A DNA stretch of 32,000 bases from Vibrio vulnificus CMCP6 (GTDB lineage: Bacteria > Pseudomonadota > Gammaproteobacteria > Enterobacterales > Vibrionaceae): NCBI RefSeq assembly GCF_000039765.1, contig NC_004459.3, positions 780,001 to 812,000 of the forward strand. Direction: 5' to 3'. The notes under the pieces were generated by a model that saw only the letters and a list, made by a program, of their open reading frames with translations, was not told the DNA's origin and made no database searches. Shown piece by piece: positions 1 through 10,753 of this stretch (position 1 is its first letter; each line of letters begins with the position of its first letter). A program made the translations under genes and the position numbers.

Positions 1-379
1 GAGGAGAAGGTTCAGAATCTAAAGCAAATGGTTCTGCCTGAGTAGACGTCCCATTGACGCCAATAGAACTCACAAACACAAAGCGACGAACGCCAGCTTC
101 AGCCGCTTTAGTCGCCAGTCTTAATGTGCCAGCAACATTCACTCTGTTGTAATCTTTTGATGAAAAAGAGTGAGAATGAGCAAGTCCTGCAAGATGGATG
201 ATTGTGTTTACATTATCAAATGCTCCATCCCAGACAGTTTTCCCATCTATAGAATCAACAAGATAACCATCTGAAAACGTAACCTCATCAGTTGCCCTAA
301 AGACAGCTTTCAAGTCCCCTCGACCCAATGCAAACAGGGTACTCCCCACAAAACCACTCGCCCCTGTAACCAAAATCAT
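1..379 (-). CDS. NAD-dependent epimerase/dehydratase (SDR) family protein, partial (N-terminal part only)
   Basis: Reverse complement from ATG at 379 reads MILVTGASGFVGSTLFALGRGDLKAVF..., with the Rossmann GxxGxxG motif; runs off the window edge. The ATG overlaps the upstream gene's TGA (ATGA). Confidence 0.85.
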   Translation of the reverse strand, partial: MILVTGASGFVGSTLFALGRGDLKAVFRATDEVTFSDGYLVDSIDGKTVWDGAFDNVNTIIHLAGLAHSHSFSSKDYNRVNVAGTLRLATKAAEAGVRRFVFVSSIGVNGTSTQAEPFALDSEPSP

Positions 380-1506
380 TTTAATCCGATCTCACAAACA
401 AATTTTTTTACTGCGCTTTCCCGAATAAAATTTTTATGAATTAAATTTCTATTCAAGTTTGCGTCAATTGTTGACTGACCATTGAAAATCTTGCTAATTG
501 CTAGGTCAAACATTTCCTGGTTTTTAGGTTCTATAAATTCAATTCCTGAAAAATCACTAAAAAAAGATTCCAGTTTTATGTCTCCACCATAAATCACTCG
601 CTTACCAGATGCCAAGTATTCATAAAGCTTAGATGGAATAGCAGTTTGAAACTCCTCTGTAAGTTGCGCAAACAAAACATCAGTTTGCTCATAGAGCCCT
701 AATACTTGCTCCCAAGAAAGTCGACCAGTAAGTACTATATTCTTTAGGTTCCTCTCTAAAACCAAGCTCCTGATTCGTTCAAGATCATTTCCTCCACCCA
801 CTATATTAAACTTGAAGTTAGGATGAGATTCAGCGAGTTCTACCATAAAGCTCAAATCTTGAGCCAATCCAACATTACCTATGTACGATATTACTAGATC
901 TTCAGTAGAATCTTTTTCTTGGATAAGCACCATTTTCTCAAACTGTTCAATAGATATACCATTTGATATCAACTTGGTCTTTTCTTCAAATCCAATACTT
1001 TTTAGATGAGAAAGTTCAAATTTATTGGAAACAGTTATATAGTCTGCAAATCGGGATAAATACCAAAACAGAAACCTATAAAATCTTTTAAAAAAATAAT
1101 GAGTGATATTATTATCTTTAAGATATTCCCAAGTAAGATCTCTTACATCCAGGATCTTAATGTTACATTTAATAAATGGCAATAGTAAAAGTAAAAACAT
1201 AGATGGCATTGTAATAAAAGCAATATCAGAACTACAACTTACTTTCTTATATTTCACTAGGAGTTGAAAGGTTAGCTTCAACTCTAAAAATGCTCTTTTA
1301 ATAAAAGACCCGCTAACTATCTTAGGTTCATCCAGCATAATCTGCTTAGCATCAATACTTTCAAAATTATAAAGTGCACCTTTGGGTTGAAAAATGTTTA
1401 TACTATAACCTAATTTACCAAACTCAAAAATAAATGGAAGTAATCTATTCTTTATAACCGGCTCATCACACAAAGGATAGCTAGTAATTATACTAATTGC
1501 TTTCAT
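376..1506 (-). CDS. Glycosyltransferase family 4-like protein
   Basis: 376-aa ORF; MKAISIITSYPLCDEPVIKNRL..., GNVGLAQDLSFMVELA, IPSKLYEYLASGKRVIYGG (GT-B C-terminal E-x7-E-type motif). Confidence 0.85.
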   Translation of the reverse strand: MKAISIITSYPLCDEPVIKNRLLPFIFEFGKLGYSINIFQPKGALYNFESIDAKQIMLDEPKIVSGSFIKRAFLELKLTFQLLVKYKKVSCSSDIAFITMPSMFLLLLLPFIKCNIKILDVRDLTWEYLKDNNITHYFFKRFYRFLFWYLSRFADYITVSNKFELSHLKSIGFEEKTKLISNGISIEQFEKMVLIQEKDSTEDLVISYIGNVGLAQDLSFMVELAESHPNFKFNIVGGGNDLERIRSLVLERNLKNIVLTGRLSWEQVLGLYEQTDVLFAQLTEEFQTAIPSKLYEYLASGKRVIYGGDIKLESFFSDFSGIEFIEPKNQEMFDLAISKIFNGQSTIDANLNRNLIHKNFIRESAVKKFVCEIGLK

Positions 1507-3121
1507 TTACAACCTCAATTTTTGAAGTCAAACATTTAACAAAACTAACACATATCGTCTTGTTATTATCAGACAGCCCAAAACCTGGATAATATTTTGA
1601 ATCAACTAGAGTAATAGAGTAAGAACCAAAAAAACTAAATTTAACAACGACATTGGAAATGTTCAACATGGCAGAATCGTTTGCAATATCTAACACTATA
1701 ACATCTGGATGAAAATGGAAGAAGGCAACACTTTCAAATCTATCCGTATTAATTAAGTCATGTATTTTAATCAACTTCTCTGATATTTCAAATTTCCTGG
1801 TATGTATCACTTTAGGTTTAAGTCTTTGATATCCATCGTGGTACCCTTCAATTATAATGTTATCTAAATCATCTGACCTGACATTTATAATTTCCGTCTT
1901 AGCTCTTCGTGCAACTCTAAATCCGGCCCACATTTCAGAAGAGTTTTGATTATCAACAACTACAGTATTATGGCATGATGTACTGCGCTGCAATTCACGC
2001 TCTTGATCATTACCATATTTAGACACACCTGAATTTACAAGGAAACGAGCATCGCCAATATCTAGCTCAAAACTTAAATTGTCAGCATGAGCATGCCCTG
2101 GTAAATATGACGGTCCTATCTGAGCAAAATCGGCAATCAGCTTAAAGTTGTCATTCTTAACCACAAAATAACCAGATCCAGACAAGTGCTTAAAATAACA
2201 TTTTGGCAGAGGCTTCGGCAAATCTAAATTTAGCATGCTTGCATATGAAAAAATATCGTCTAGATTTGGGGAAATACCTAACGTCGAGTCATTAAAAAAC
2301 GCCACATCCCCATCAGAATGAGACATATATATAGACCATTCAAAACACTTATAAACCAATTTTCCAATATCTTCAATTAAAATGTTATCAAAGCCAAAGC
2401 GAGCTTTTAAAACATTATATATATCCAGCAAGTCGAACAACATGATATTATTATACATCGGTGATAATTCAAAGTGAGCACCATCACTTAGAAATTGCTC
2501 TTTCAATTCATCACTTAAAATACTTAGCCCTAGTTTTAACGCTTTAGCACCTACTTCCCCATACAAGTATGAGCCCACTATAGTTAGAGCCTTTGCATTA
2601 GCAAATAAATGATTGCCTAAAAGGTGGAACTCCACATTTGCAATTAGCGACTGAGTTTGTTCAACTATAGATTTTTCAATCTTATCGTTATAAATATTTC
2701 TTGTCTGTAAGAATTTAATCCAATTAACAAGTCTTAAAGAGATAACATAAGGCTCATAAGAAACATGCTTATGATATTCAACAGCATCCAACCAACTGGA
2801 GATGTAACTCAGCGCTATTTCATCATCTAAGTCGTGTATATAATCGAAATAGTGAAGATTGAATAACCACAAATGAGATGCAGGAGCACTCCATGTTGAC
2901 ATATCTACTATTCTTTCTTCATTTAGAAGATTAAATTTATCACTATATACTTTTTGATTTATAGACACCATGTAAAAGTTCAAATCATGATGTTTAAATA
3001 AATAAGAAGAATCACCTATCGAAAAATTCTCAATCGGTAATTTTCTCTTAAGTCTATAGAATACCTGCTTGAATTTAAGAAACTTTAAAGTATACAAGTA
3101 CAAAAAAAATTTATTTAACAT
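1493..3121 (-). CDS. Heparinase II/III family (polysaccharide lyase-like) protein
   Basis: ORF track 1493..3187; likely start is the ATG at 3121 (MLNKFFLYLYTLKFLKFKQ...). Contains NHLFANAKAL, GHAHADNLSFEL and RSTSCHNTVVVDNQNSSEMW, typical of the heparinase II/III family. Confidence 0.85.
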   Translation of the reverse strand: MLNKFFLYLYTLKFLKFKQVFYRLKRKLPIENFSIGDSSYLFKHHDLNFYMVSINQKVYSDKFNLLNEERIVDMSTWSAPASHLWLFNLHYFDYIHDLDDEIALSYISSWLDAVEYHKHVSYEPYVISLRLVNWIKFLQTRNIYNDKIEKSIVEQTQSLIANVEFHLLGNHLFANAKALTIVGSYLYGEVGAKALKLGLSILSDELKEQFLSDGAHFELSPMYNNIMLFDLLDIYNVLKARFGFDNILIEDIGKLVYKCFEWSIYMSHSDGDVAFFNDSTLGISPNLDDIFSYASMLNLDLPKPLPKCYFKHLSGSGYFVVKNDNFKLIADFAQIGPSYLPGHAHADNLSFELDIGDARFLVNSGVSKYGNDQERELQRSTSCHNTVVVDNQNSSEMWAGFRVARRAKTEIINVRSDDLDNIIIEGYHDGYQRLKPKVIHTRKFEISEKLIKIHDLINTDRFESVAFFHFHPDVIVLDIANDSAMLNISNVVVKFSFFGSYSITLVDSKYYPGFGLSDNNKTICVSFVKCLTSKIEVVNESN

Positions 3122-4232
3122 CACTACCCAAGTGTTTTTTAATTTCAATGAGATACTGTTCGCAACGACTAATCCAAGTGTGCTCATTAGAAAAAAAAGT
3201 AACTATCTCATTTTTGTCTAACTCAGTATTATTAGAATAAATCATTGGAAGAACTTCATCTATAGAGTTTTTGTAAAAATAAACCGACTCTGGAGAGATA
3301 TTTTTCCTTTTAGCCAAAATATCATATGGCTGACCGAAGGATGTTGATATTATAGGTAAACCCAGCGCTAAATATTCAAATAGCTTCGTCGGAGAACCAT
3401 AGTCAGCGATAGTACCTTCTTTATAAGGAAGCAACAAATAACAATCTCCATCCAAGCCCCCATTTTCTATCAATTGATTTAAATTGTACCGTCCATAAAC
3501 GAAAACATTATCACAACTTTTTGATATTTTTTTAAGCTCTTCTTCTTGCTCACCAGCACCATGTAAGTGAAGCTCAAAACTAGAGTTATTCGAAATAGTT
3601 TTGGCAGCTTCGACTAGTGAATAATAATGATGGTACATACCAAAATATATCAACTTCTTTTTAGTACTTTTCTTTGTTTTAATCTTCTCATACGGTAATA
3701 ACTCGCCAGCGTTTGGCAATTCGACAACATTGCGGTTAAACTGACTTAATTCATTTTTAAGCTTGCCAGAGACACAATTTAAGAATGGAGCTCTAGAAAT
3801 CAAGAACTGTTCTATAGGCTTAATAATTTTAGAAATTAATCTCTTTTTGTAAGAATCACCAGAAGACCATTGATGATAACCAAGACCATTGACCTCAAAA
3901 CCCCACCTGTTACCAAACATCATAGTAAACAAAAACAAATTTAACCAACCTAGCGAAGTTGAGTATCTAACTATAACAAAGTCATAATCATTCTTACGTT
4001 TTAACAATTCAAAAACACAATGTAGATACCAAAAAAAACAATTACACAATGGAATAACAAGCAAATTACCCGTGGTGCTATGTATGTGTTTACTAGTTGA
4101 CTTAGATGAAAAAACATCTACAGACACTTCGTTACCCAACAACCCAGAAACAATACCCTTCGCGTGAGTTACTCGACCATTACAACCTAGTTCAAAAAAG
4201 TCTTTTCTCGCTAAAACATATGCCAACTTCAT
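3111..4232 (-). CDS. Glycosyltransferase family 4 protein
   Basis: 373-aa ORF; GRVTHAKGIVSGLLGN..., VELPNAGELLP, GSPTKLFEYLALGLPIISTSFG. Confidence 0.85.
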   Translation of the reverse strand: MKLAYVLARKDFFELGCNGRVTHAKGIVSGLLGNEVSVDVFSSKSTSKHIHSTTGNLLVIPLCNCFFWYLHCVFELLKRKNDYDFVIVRYSTSLGWLNLFLFTMMFGNRWGFEVNGLGYHQWSSGDSYKKRLISKIIKPIEQFLISRAPFLNCVSGKLKNELSQFNRNVVELPNAGELLPYEKIKTKKSTKKKLIYFGMYHHYYSLVEAAKTISNNSSFELHLHGAGEQEEELKKISKSCDNVFVYGRYNLNQLIENGGLDGDCYLLLPYKEGTIADYGSPTKLFEYLALGLPIISTSFGQPYDILAKRKNISPESVYFYKNSIDEVLPMIYSNNTELDKNEIVTFFSNEHTWISRCEQYLIEIKKHLGSDVK

Positions 4233-5950
4233 ATTAAACTCATATAATAATCAGGGTAGTAATTTTTATTTTCAACAACCAAATCTCGAGCGCAATATAA
4301 ACTCACTCCAGAATTGTTTTTAATTAGCGTAAAGAATAGTTTTTTTTCACTCCTTACATTCAAAGTTCCAAAAACATCATCAAAAAATACGAAATCAGGT
4401 TTATCTACATAACTAACATTATGATTGGTATTTCTCTTATTCTCTAAATAACATTTCCTATTCTGATTGTAGCTATATGTACCATTATCTTGATATAACC
4501 ATTCTCCATTCAAGTTGAGCGTTATAGATAAAATATCATCATGATGATGGCCTGGTATAATCCTCCCTTGACAAGATGTTTTAATCGTCATAAACAAGCC
4601 ATCTCCCTTAACAACCAACAAACCAAACGATGGAAAGTACCTATAGGAAACATCCTTAGCAACGTGATTAAATAATAATGACATTGATTGCAACTCAACG
4701 TTAACAACTTCATTATCTAAAGTAGATAGCGTTATAAAATCAGCCGATTCATCAACTTTAAGTATATTATCAAAACCTAGCAAATGATTAAAATTCGACC
4801 AGGACATTTTATTTTCACTTACCAACGGGTACAACTTAATTATCCTCCCACTGTCGTTATCTCCAATCAAAGGAAACTCTCCATCAGATGTGGCAATTGA
4901 CTTAAAAAACTTAATCGCTTTATTAATACGTATAAAGTAATCAACTTTTGAATCATCTGACCTAAGTTTCAACTCAATTGGGCACATGGGGTATTTGAAC
5001 AACAACTTCAACACTTTAATAAAATCAATACATTTTAATATTTCTTTATGTTCCTCTCTCACTCTTAAAAAATATAACAGTGATTCTATATTTAGCTTAT
5101 GATACCCAGTGGACAATTCGGCCCCACCACCATCATCCAATATATGCACGTTCAATTCACAATTTATTTCTTTATTTGCAAAACTAGCCAATAAAGAATA
5201 ATCATCATCTTTAGAGTATCTGAGTGAGGCATATAACAAACCGAACAAACCGACAAAATAATGATTATTTCTAATACCTCCTCGCCACTCAACATTAGAC
5301 ATCATGTGACTAATAGAATAGCGGATATAACTTTCAATCTCGATCAGTTCAATCTGTTCATTATCTCTAGCACTACAAATATCCAATGCTAGTATCATAT
5401 TTGTTAACCTAATTGATACCTCCATAGAATAGTACCAGTTAATTCCTTTCATTGGTGGATTACTATTAATAAATATCTTCAAGTGCCTAACCATTGCCTC
5501 TTTATATTTAACTTCCCCTGTTAAATAATATGCAATGGAAAAAACAACCAATTGATGCAAGCGAGAAAACTCCCAAGGAACTTTTATATCAGCACTTTCA
5601 GTTGGGCGAAGAACAGTATCCCTATAATAGATATCCGAAGCCCATAGATATTTATTAATATAATCAAATGAAAAATATTTCGATACTTCCTCTCCAATAT
5701 CCACAATCTCATATCTATATATGTAATATTTACCTTCCAATTGATAATCAGCAGTACGTATTATTTGATTTTTATCATGAGAGTCAATTATCTGGAGGAT
5801 CAAGCCTTCATCAAAAACGACTTTAGGAGGAATAACATTTGAAACGTCGAGCTCGAATTTATACAGTTTCCTCCTCATAATCTGGTCAAAAAAACGCCTT
5901 TTAAACTCTTTGTTTACTCTAAGGATTTTTTTTGCTATTGAATATATCAT
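4229..5950 (-). CDS. Heparinase II/III / alginate-lyase-like family protein (second copy in the operon)
   Basis: 573-aa ORF; WEFSRLHQLVVFSIAYYLTG, NNHYFVGLFGLLYAS, GHHHDDILSITLNLNGEWLYQDNGTYSY; 4-bp ATGA overlap with the downstream gene. Confidence 0.85.
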   Translation of the reverse strand: MIYSIAKKILRVNKEFKRRFFDQIMRRKLYKFELDVSNVIPPKVVFDEGLILQIIDSHDKNQIIRTADYQLEGKYYIYRYEIVDIGEEVSKYFSFDYINKYLWASDIYYRDTVLRPTESADIKVPWEFSRLHQLVVFSIAYYLTGEVKYKEAMVRHLKIFINSNPPMKGINWYYSMEVSIRLTNMILALDICSARDNEQIELIEIESYIRYSISHMMSNVEWRGGIRNNHYFVGLFGLLYASLRYSKDDDYSLLASFANKEINCELNVHILDDGGGAELSTGYHKLNIESLLYFLRVREEHKEILKCIDFIKVLKLLFKYPMCPIELKLRSDDSKVDYFIRINKAIKFFKSIATSDGEFPLIGDNDSGRIIKLYPLVSENKMSWSNFNHLLGFDNILKVDESADFITLSTLDNEVVNVELQSMSLLFNHVAKDVSYRYFPSFGLLVVKGDGLFMTIKTSCQGRIIPGHHHDDILSITLNLNGEWLYQDNGTYSYNQNRKCYLENKRNTNHNVSYVDKPDFVFFDDVFGTLNVRSEKKLFFTLIKNNSGVSLYCARDLVVENKNYYPDYYMSLI

Positions 5951-7043
5951 TCAGTTTTTCTTCTTGTGATTTCCACTTTGTGGCTATTATACTAGATTTA
6001 GAAGGTCTAATTTTTTTAAAGTCATTAATTGATTTTGCAATTTTTTCCGAACAACTACCATCAGTATCAGATATATAAACCCCCACTTCTCGATACTCTT
6101 GGAATATTGGATTATTGCCCGATATTACTGGTATATTTCTACTTAACGATTGGTATAGTCGATTTGGAGCACATAGCCAATTGTTCATATTGCCTTTTTT
6201 GTAGAAAACAAGTGAAGCAACTGAGCGATCAATGTAGTTTACTAATTCAAGTTGAGGAACTGAAGGTTTAATGAAAATATAGTCACTATGGCCATCAAAT
6301 TTCTTTAATTTTATATTCAGTGATTCTTGAATAGGCCCTACAAATATAACTTTAACTTTCTCTTTGATCGCTGCCTGAACGATCTCAAAAAATGCACGAT
6401 CCTCCCTCATACCACCTTGACAAAGAAAGTACTCATCACCGTTTAACCAAGTAACTATTGATGGATCAATTTCACCAGCCTTTCTTTCGTAAAACACTTC
6501 ATCTGGATAATTATTAATAATTGTAAATTGCACGTTATCATTCAAACAGTTATTAATATATTTAGCCCTTTCATCACAAGCAACTATATTCATATCTGAT
6601 AATGACAGTGCCTTACGATAAAATATTTTCTTCCATTTACTCTTTAGAAATGAACTTGGTGGCAACTCATGTTGATCCCAAACAACTTTAAAGTCAGCTC
6701 TAGTTAAGTGCTTTATAATCCTCAATATATAAACCATTCCTATCGATTCAAAATTATGAATCCAACAAACGTCTGGCTTTTCATCGAGAAATTTCGAAAC
6801 ATACCTCATATACATTTCAATAATTTTAAAAGCAACTAGATTACCCTTAGGAAAGATCATTCTTGTTTTTAAATTATGCCTAATGACTTGAACACTCTCG
6901 TATTCGCTATCGATGTCATCGTGCCTATTTTCAAAGCTTGATATTACAACTCTACTAAATTTACTAAGTGTTCTTGCTTCCTTCCTAACTCTATCATCAA
7001 ATGCTAGAGAAGGAGTCCTTATTAACATTAGTATTTTTTCCAC
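5919..7043 (-). CDS. Glycosyltransferase (GT-B/GT4-like)
   Basis: 374-aa ORF; MEKILMLIRTPSLAFDDRVRKEARTLSKF..., VVWDQHELPP, APNRLYQSLSRNIPVISGNNPIFQEY. Confidence 0.8.
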   Translation of the reverse strand: MEKILMLIRTPSLAFDDRVRKEARTLSKFSRVVISSFENRHDDIDSEYESVQVIRHNLKTRMIFPKGNLVAFKIIEMYMRYVSKFLDEKPDVCWIHNFESIGMVYILRIIKHLTRADFKVVWDQHELPPSSFLKSKWKKIFYRKALSLSDMNIVACDERAKYINNCLNDNVQFTIINNYPDEVFYERKAGEIDPSIVTWLNGDEYFLCQGGMREDRAFFEIVQAAIKEKVKVIFVGPIQESLNIKLKKFDGHSDYIFIKPSVPQLELVNYIDRSVASLVFYKKGNMNNWLCAPNRLYQSLSRNIPVISGNNPIFQEYREVGVYISDTDGSCSEKIAKSINDFKKIRPSKSSIIATKWKSQEEKLNDIFNSKKNP

Positions 7044-8262
7044 GAATCACCACATTTAAAAAAATAAAAACAAAGATAAATAATAAAATATTTTTCGGAT
7101 TTAGATAGCTATTAAACTGTGAGGCCTGAGAAAGTTGGAGTGATAAAATAGAGCTATATACTAAAAATATCAAACTTAAATCTCTATTTTTTATAGAAAA
7201 CAAAAAACGCTCAAAGAAAAATATTAACAATGGCAAAGTTACTATATATAAAATTGTAGCAAACGTACCAAAATTGGCATATATTTCACCAACAGCAGGT
7301 ACTGACATAGAACCATCATAACCAATATATTCATAATGAATTATTTTCGGTAAATATATTGGTTCAAAAGGAAACAGCCCCATTGGGTTAATAAAAGTCG
7401 TACCGTAATAATAGCCAACATTTTCTACATGCTTAATTGTCAAAGCCACTGATTCAGAATAAACACCAATAATTCTATGAATAATTGATAATGGCATATC
7501 AAACAGGTAGTAACTTAACTCCCTCCCAGGAAAGTATATCACATAGAATACAAAGACAAGAATTATAGATATTATCGTAAGATAAATAATTTTTTTAACA
7601 TTAACCTTTCCATTAGATAGAATTCTGGTCATAAAGACAGCGAATAAAAGAATTATTATCGGCATCTTATGCAGGAATATAGAAACAGTAAAAAATAGAT
7701 ATATCAGTGTTAAAAATTTTTTAGTTCGACTTTTACTTGCCAAGATCGTCATAGATGCAAGTAAATACGACAAGTTGTAGAAAATGAATGTAATCCCTGC
7801 ATTTTCTCCTGTAGCTAACTCAGAGCGCAAGCCAATAATCTCTTTAGCATTAGCTCCCTGTACTAACAGACTTACTATTTGGTAAGGTCCTTTTGATAAA
7901 ATATAGTTCAAGAAAAACATCAAGTGCACTAATAACAAAATATTAAGTAGCAACTTGAACTTACCAAGAAATTTCAACTCAGCTTTATAAGCTCCTCCAG
8001 CCAAACCATAACACAAGTTAATCATATATATTGGTAGAATAGATACTGATAAAAAGCAAAGAATTATCATATACTCCACTGATTCCAAGTTTCCTCGATA
8101 ATAAAAATTATCTCCATCTAATGAGTAACCAGAACCAAGCAGTATAAAAAGAAAAACACCAAGGAAGTATGAGTATACCACTGGATTATTTTTCATATTC
8201 CCTATCCTAAATAAGTAACATAGAACAGGGAATGACAAGACCATGACTAACAAATAATTCAT
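6997..8262 (-). CDS. wzy: Putative O-antigen/capsule polymerase (Wzy-like), polytopic membrane protein
   Basis: 421-aa highly hydrophobic multi-TM ORF next to a Wzx-like ORF in a polysaccharide operon; Wzy proteins are recognised mainly by topology and context. Confidence 0.7.
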   Translation of the reverse strand: MNYLLVMVLSFPVLCYLFRIGNMKNNPVVYSYFLGVFLFILLGSGYSLDGDNFYYRGNLESVEYMIILCFLSVSILPIYMINLCYGLAGGAYKAELKFLGKFKLLLNILLLVHLMFFLNYILSKGPYQIVSLLVQGANAKEIIGLRSELATGENAGITFIFYNLSYLLASMTILASKSRTKKFLTLIYLFFTVSIFLHKMPIIILLFAVFMTRILSNGKVNVKKIIYLTIISIILVFVFYVIYFPGRELSYYLFDMPLSIIHRIIGVYSESVALTIKHVENVGYYYGTTFINPMGLFPFEPIYLPKIIHYEYIGYDGSMSVPAVGEIYANFGTFATILYIVTLPLLIFFFERFLFSIKNRDLSLIFLVYSSILSLQLSQASQFNSYLNPKNILLFIFVFIFLNVVIRGKNTNVNKDSFSSI

Positions 8263-9410
8263 TAAATACTTCTTATATACAACCTAAAAATATAGGCGTT
8301 TTGTGAAAAATACCCAACTATAAATGATATAGCCATTCCAACTACTCCAATCTTAGGTATAAGAATAAAAGATAATGAAATTAAAACAAATAATAATAAA
8401 AACACTGAAATAACTAAGTTTCCGTACATCCCCTTAACCTGGATCATTTCTGAGCATGGGCTTAAAAATGTTGATATAAAAGATGATAGCAACATCAATA
8501 CAAGGGCAACATCTAGTCCGTCACTAGAACCCAAATCAACATACTTAACTAGATATCTAGTTGATACGAAATAGGTTACTGCAATAACGGGAATCATAAA
8601 AATAGCAACACGAAACGAGTAATAAAATATATTCCTCTCTGTGTTACCTTGCGCAAAATATGGTAAAAGGAACTTTTTTAGCGCTGTATTTATTACATTG
8701 ATAGCCGTATATATTGAAAAAACAAACATCCATATTTTTATTTCACCTCCATCTATTGATAGATTACCAACTAAGCTAACTGGTATACTTGCCAGTGCGG
8801 GAAGAATTGAGAAATAAACCAATAAATATTTTTTGTTTTTTAAGAATGCTCGTTTGTTCTCTACACAACTTTCTAGAACTTTATTTCCAGAACAAGAAAA
8901 CAAATTTACCAATGCATAAGAAGCAAAAAATGAAGTCAACCATAGAATATGACTATCTTTACCTTCATATAAATATAGAACTGCATTTACGAGAACAATG
9001 TAAATTCCAGTTCTCGCTAAACTAAAGCGTAAGAATTTTTTCGTATCTAATTCTTTTTGATAAAAGGTGCGCTCTAACTCATATTTAACTATTATGTACG
9101 AACATGTATAAACAAATATTAATTGTTCCAGGTTCAAAGAAAAAACAAAACATGCCAAAGTCACTGTAAGGCATAAAAGATATTTTTGACTCTTAATTGC
9201 GCTTAAAATATCATTTTCACTTTTAGAAAGAATAATAATTCTATTAGTAAGTCCAGATACTATACTTGCAGAAAACAAGCAAGACGTAGTTAAGATTGTA
9301 AATGTTAAATACTGTTGATTACTAAGATGCTTTATCGCTAGTAAACCAACAAACATCGTTATGGCTTGTGGCACTCCTAGCGAAATTACAAACAAAATGA
9401 TCTTTTTCAT
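8262..9410 (-). CDS. wzx: Polysaccharide flippase/transporter (Wzx-like)
   Basis: 382-aa multi-TM ORF; MKKIILFVISLGVPQAITMFVGLLAIKHLSN..., with late VAMVLML...GVVGMAISFIVGYFSQN typical of the Wzx/oligosaccharide flippase superfamily. Confidence 0.7.
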   Translation of the reverse strand: MKKIILFVISLGVPQAITMFVGLLAIKHLSNQQYLTFTILTTSCLFSASIVSGLTNRIIILSKSENDILSAIKSQKYLLCLTVTLACFVFSLNLEQLIFVYTCSYIIVKYELERTFYQKELDTKKFLRFSLARTGIYIVLVNAVLYLYEGKDSHILWLTSFFASYALVNLFSCSGNKVLESCVENKRAFLKNKKYLLVYFSILPALASIPVSLVGNLSIDGGEIKIWMFVFSIYTAINVINTALKKFLLPYFAQGNTERNIFYYSFRVAIFMIPVIAVTYFVSTRYLVKYVDLGSSDGLDVALVLMLLSSFISTFLSPCSEMIQVKGMYGNLVISVFLLLFVLISLSFILIPKIGVVGMAISFIVGYFSQNAYIFRLYIRSI

Positions 9411-9449
9411 TTAAATTTCACTCCCCTAAAAAGAGGAGTGCCTATTATC

Positions 9450-10721
9450 TCAACCCCATACACCCTTTGTATCGACTACGATTCCATTGCTAGGTATATC
9501 TGATACTTTAAAGTTAGTATGATCAACCAGCATCACATGGATGCTAGCTTCAAGTTTTGCAAAATCTAAACTAGTTAATTCTACATTTTCTAATTTTTTA
9601 GGTACTACATCTATATTTGGCTCGATTGCTATAACTCTTCCATTATGCATTTCAGCAATTTTTTGTGTTATTGCCATTGCTGGACTTTCACGTAAGTCAT
9701 CAATATCTGGTTTAAATGCTAAACCATAGCATGCAATAGTCACATCTTTAGCGGTTTTGTCTGGGTTGGCTTGTAAAAAGTCTGCAATTGCTAATTTTAC
9801 TTTGTTAATCACCCACTGCGGTTTGCTATCATTGACTTTGCGTGCCGTATGAATAATTTGTGCTTCTTCTGGTGTTTTTGACACAATAAACCAAGGGTCA
9901 ACAGCAATACAGTGACCGCCTACACCTGGGCCAGGCTGGAGAATGTTGACACGAGGATGGCGGTTTGCCAGAGCGATTAGCTCCCATACGTTGATGTCTA
10001 GCTTGTCACAAATAATAGATAGTTCATTGGCAAAGGCAATTTGTACATCGCGAGAGCTATTTTCGGTAAGTTTCGCCATTTCCGCGGTACGCGCGTTGGT
10101 TACTACGCATTCACCTTGAACAAAAGTTTTATAGAGTTCAACCGCACGCGCCGAACACTTAGCTGTTAAACCACCAATTACTCGGTCGTTTTCAACTAGC
10201 TCACGAACTACATGGCCAGGCAAAACGCGCTCGGGGCAATGGGCAATGTTCACATCCGCGTCTTCACCGTGGGCTTGCGGGAAGGTAAGATCTGAACGAG
10301 CTTCAGCGAGCCAAGCTGCCATTTGCTCGGTTGCACCAACGGGTGAGGTCGATTCTAGAATCACCAAGTCACCTTTTTTCAGTACAGGGGCAATCGCTTT
10401 ACTAGCTGCTTCAATGTAAGAAAGATCAGGTGCTGGGATTTCGCCCTCTGCACAAGGTAAAAATGGTGTTGGCACGGCAATCAAAAAGGCATCGGCCGCT
10501 TCTGGTGTAGTGGTTGCTTTTAAGTAGCCGCCGCTGACTGCAGCATGCACCATCATATCGAGATCTGGCTCTACAATATGAATCTTACCTTGATTAATGG
10601 TATCAACAGCGTGTTGGTTAACATCCACACCAATCACTTTCTTTTTACGCGATGCAAACATCGCCGCTGTAGGTAAACCAATGTAGCCTAAGCCGATTAC
10701 TGAAATGGTTTCAAAAGACAT
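9450..10721 (-). CDS. wecC: UDP-N-acetyl-D-mannosamine dehydrogenase
   Basis: 423-aa ORF; ISVIGLGYIGLPTAAMFASRKKKVIGVDVN, ESTSPVGATEQ, GPGVGGHCIAVDPWF, YGLAFKPDIDDLRESPA. Confidence 0.95.
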   Translation of the reverse strand: MSFETISVIGLGYIGLPTAAMFASRKKKVIGVDVNQHAVDTINQGKIHIVEPDLDMMVHAAVSGGYLKATTTPEAADAFLIAVPTPFLPCAEGEIPAPDLSYIEAASKAIAPVLKKGDLVILESTSPVGATEQMAAWLAEARSDLTFPQAHGEDADVNIAHCPERVLPGHVVRELVENDRVIGGLTAKCSARAVELYKTFVQGECVVTNARTAEMAKLTENSSRDVQIAFANELSIICDKLDINVWELIALANRHPRVNILQPGPGVGGHCIAVDPWFIVSKTPEEAQIIHTARKVNDSKPQWVINKVKLAIADFLQANPDKTAKDVTIACYGLAFKPDIDDLRESPAMAITQKIAEMHNGRVIAIEPNIDVVPKKLENVELTSLDFAKLEASIHVMLVDHTNFKVSDIPSNGIVVDTKGVWG

Positions 10722-10753
10722 TTTTGTGAGTCCTAATGTTATTTTATAAATTT

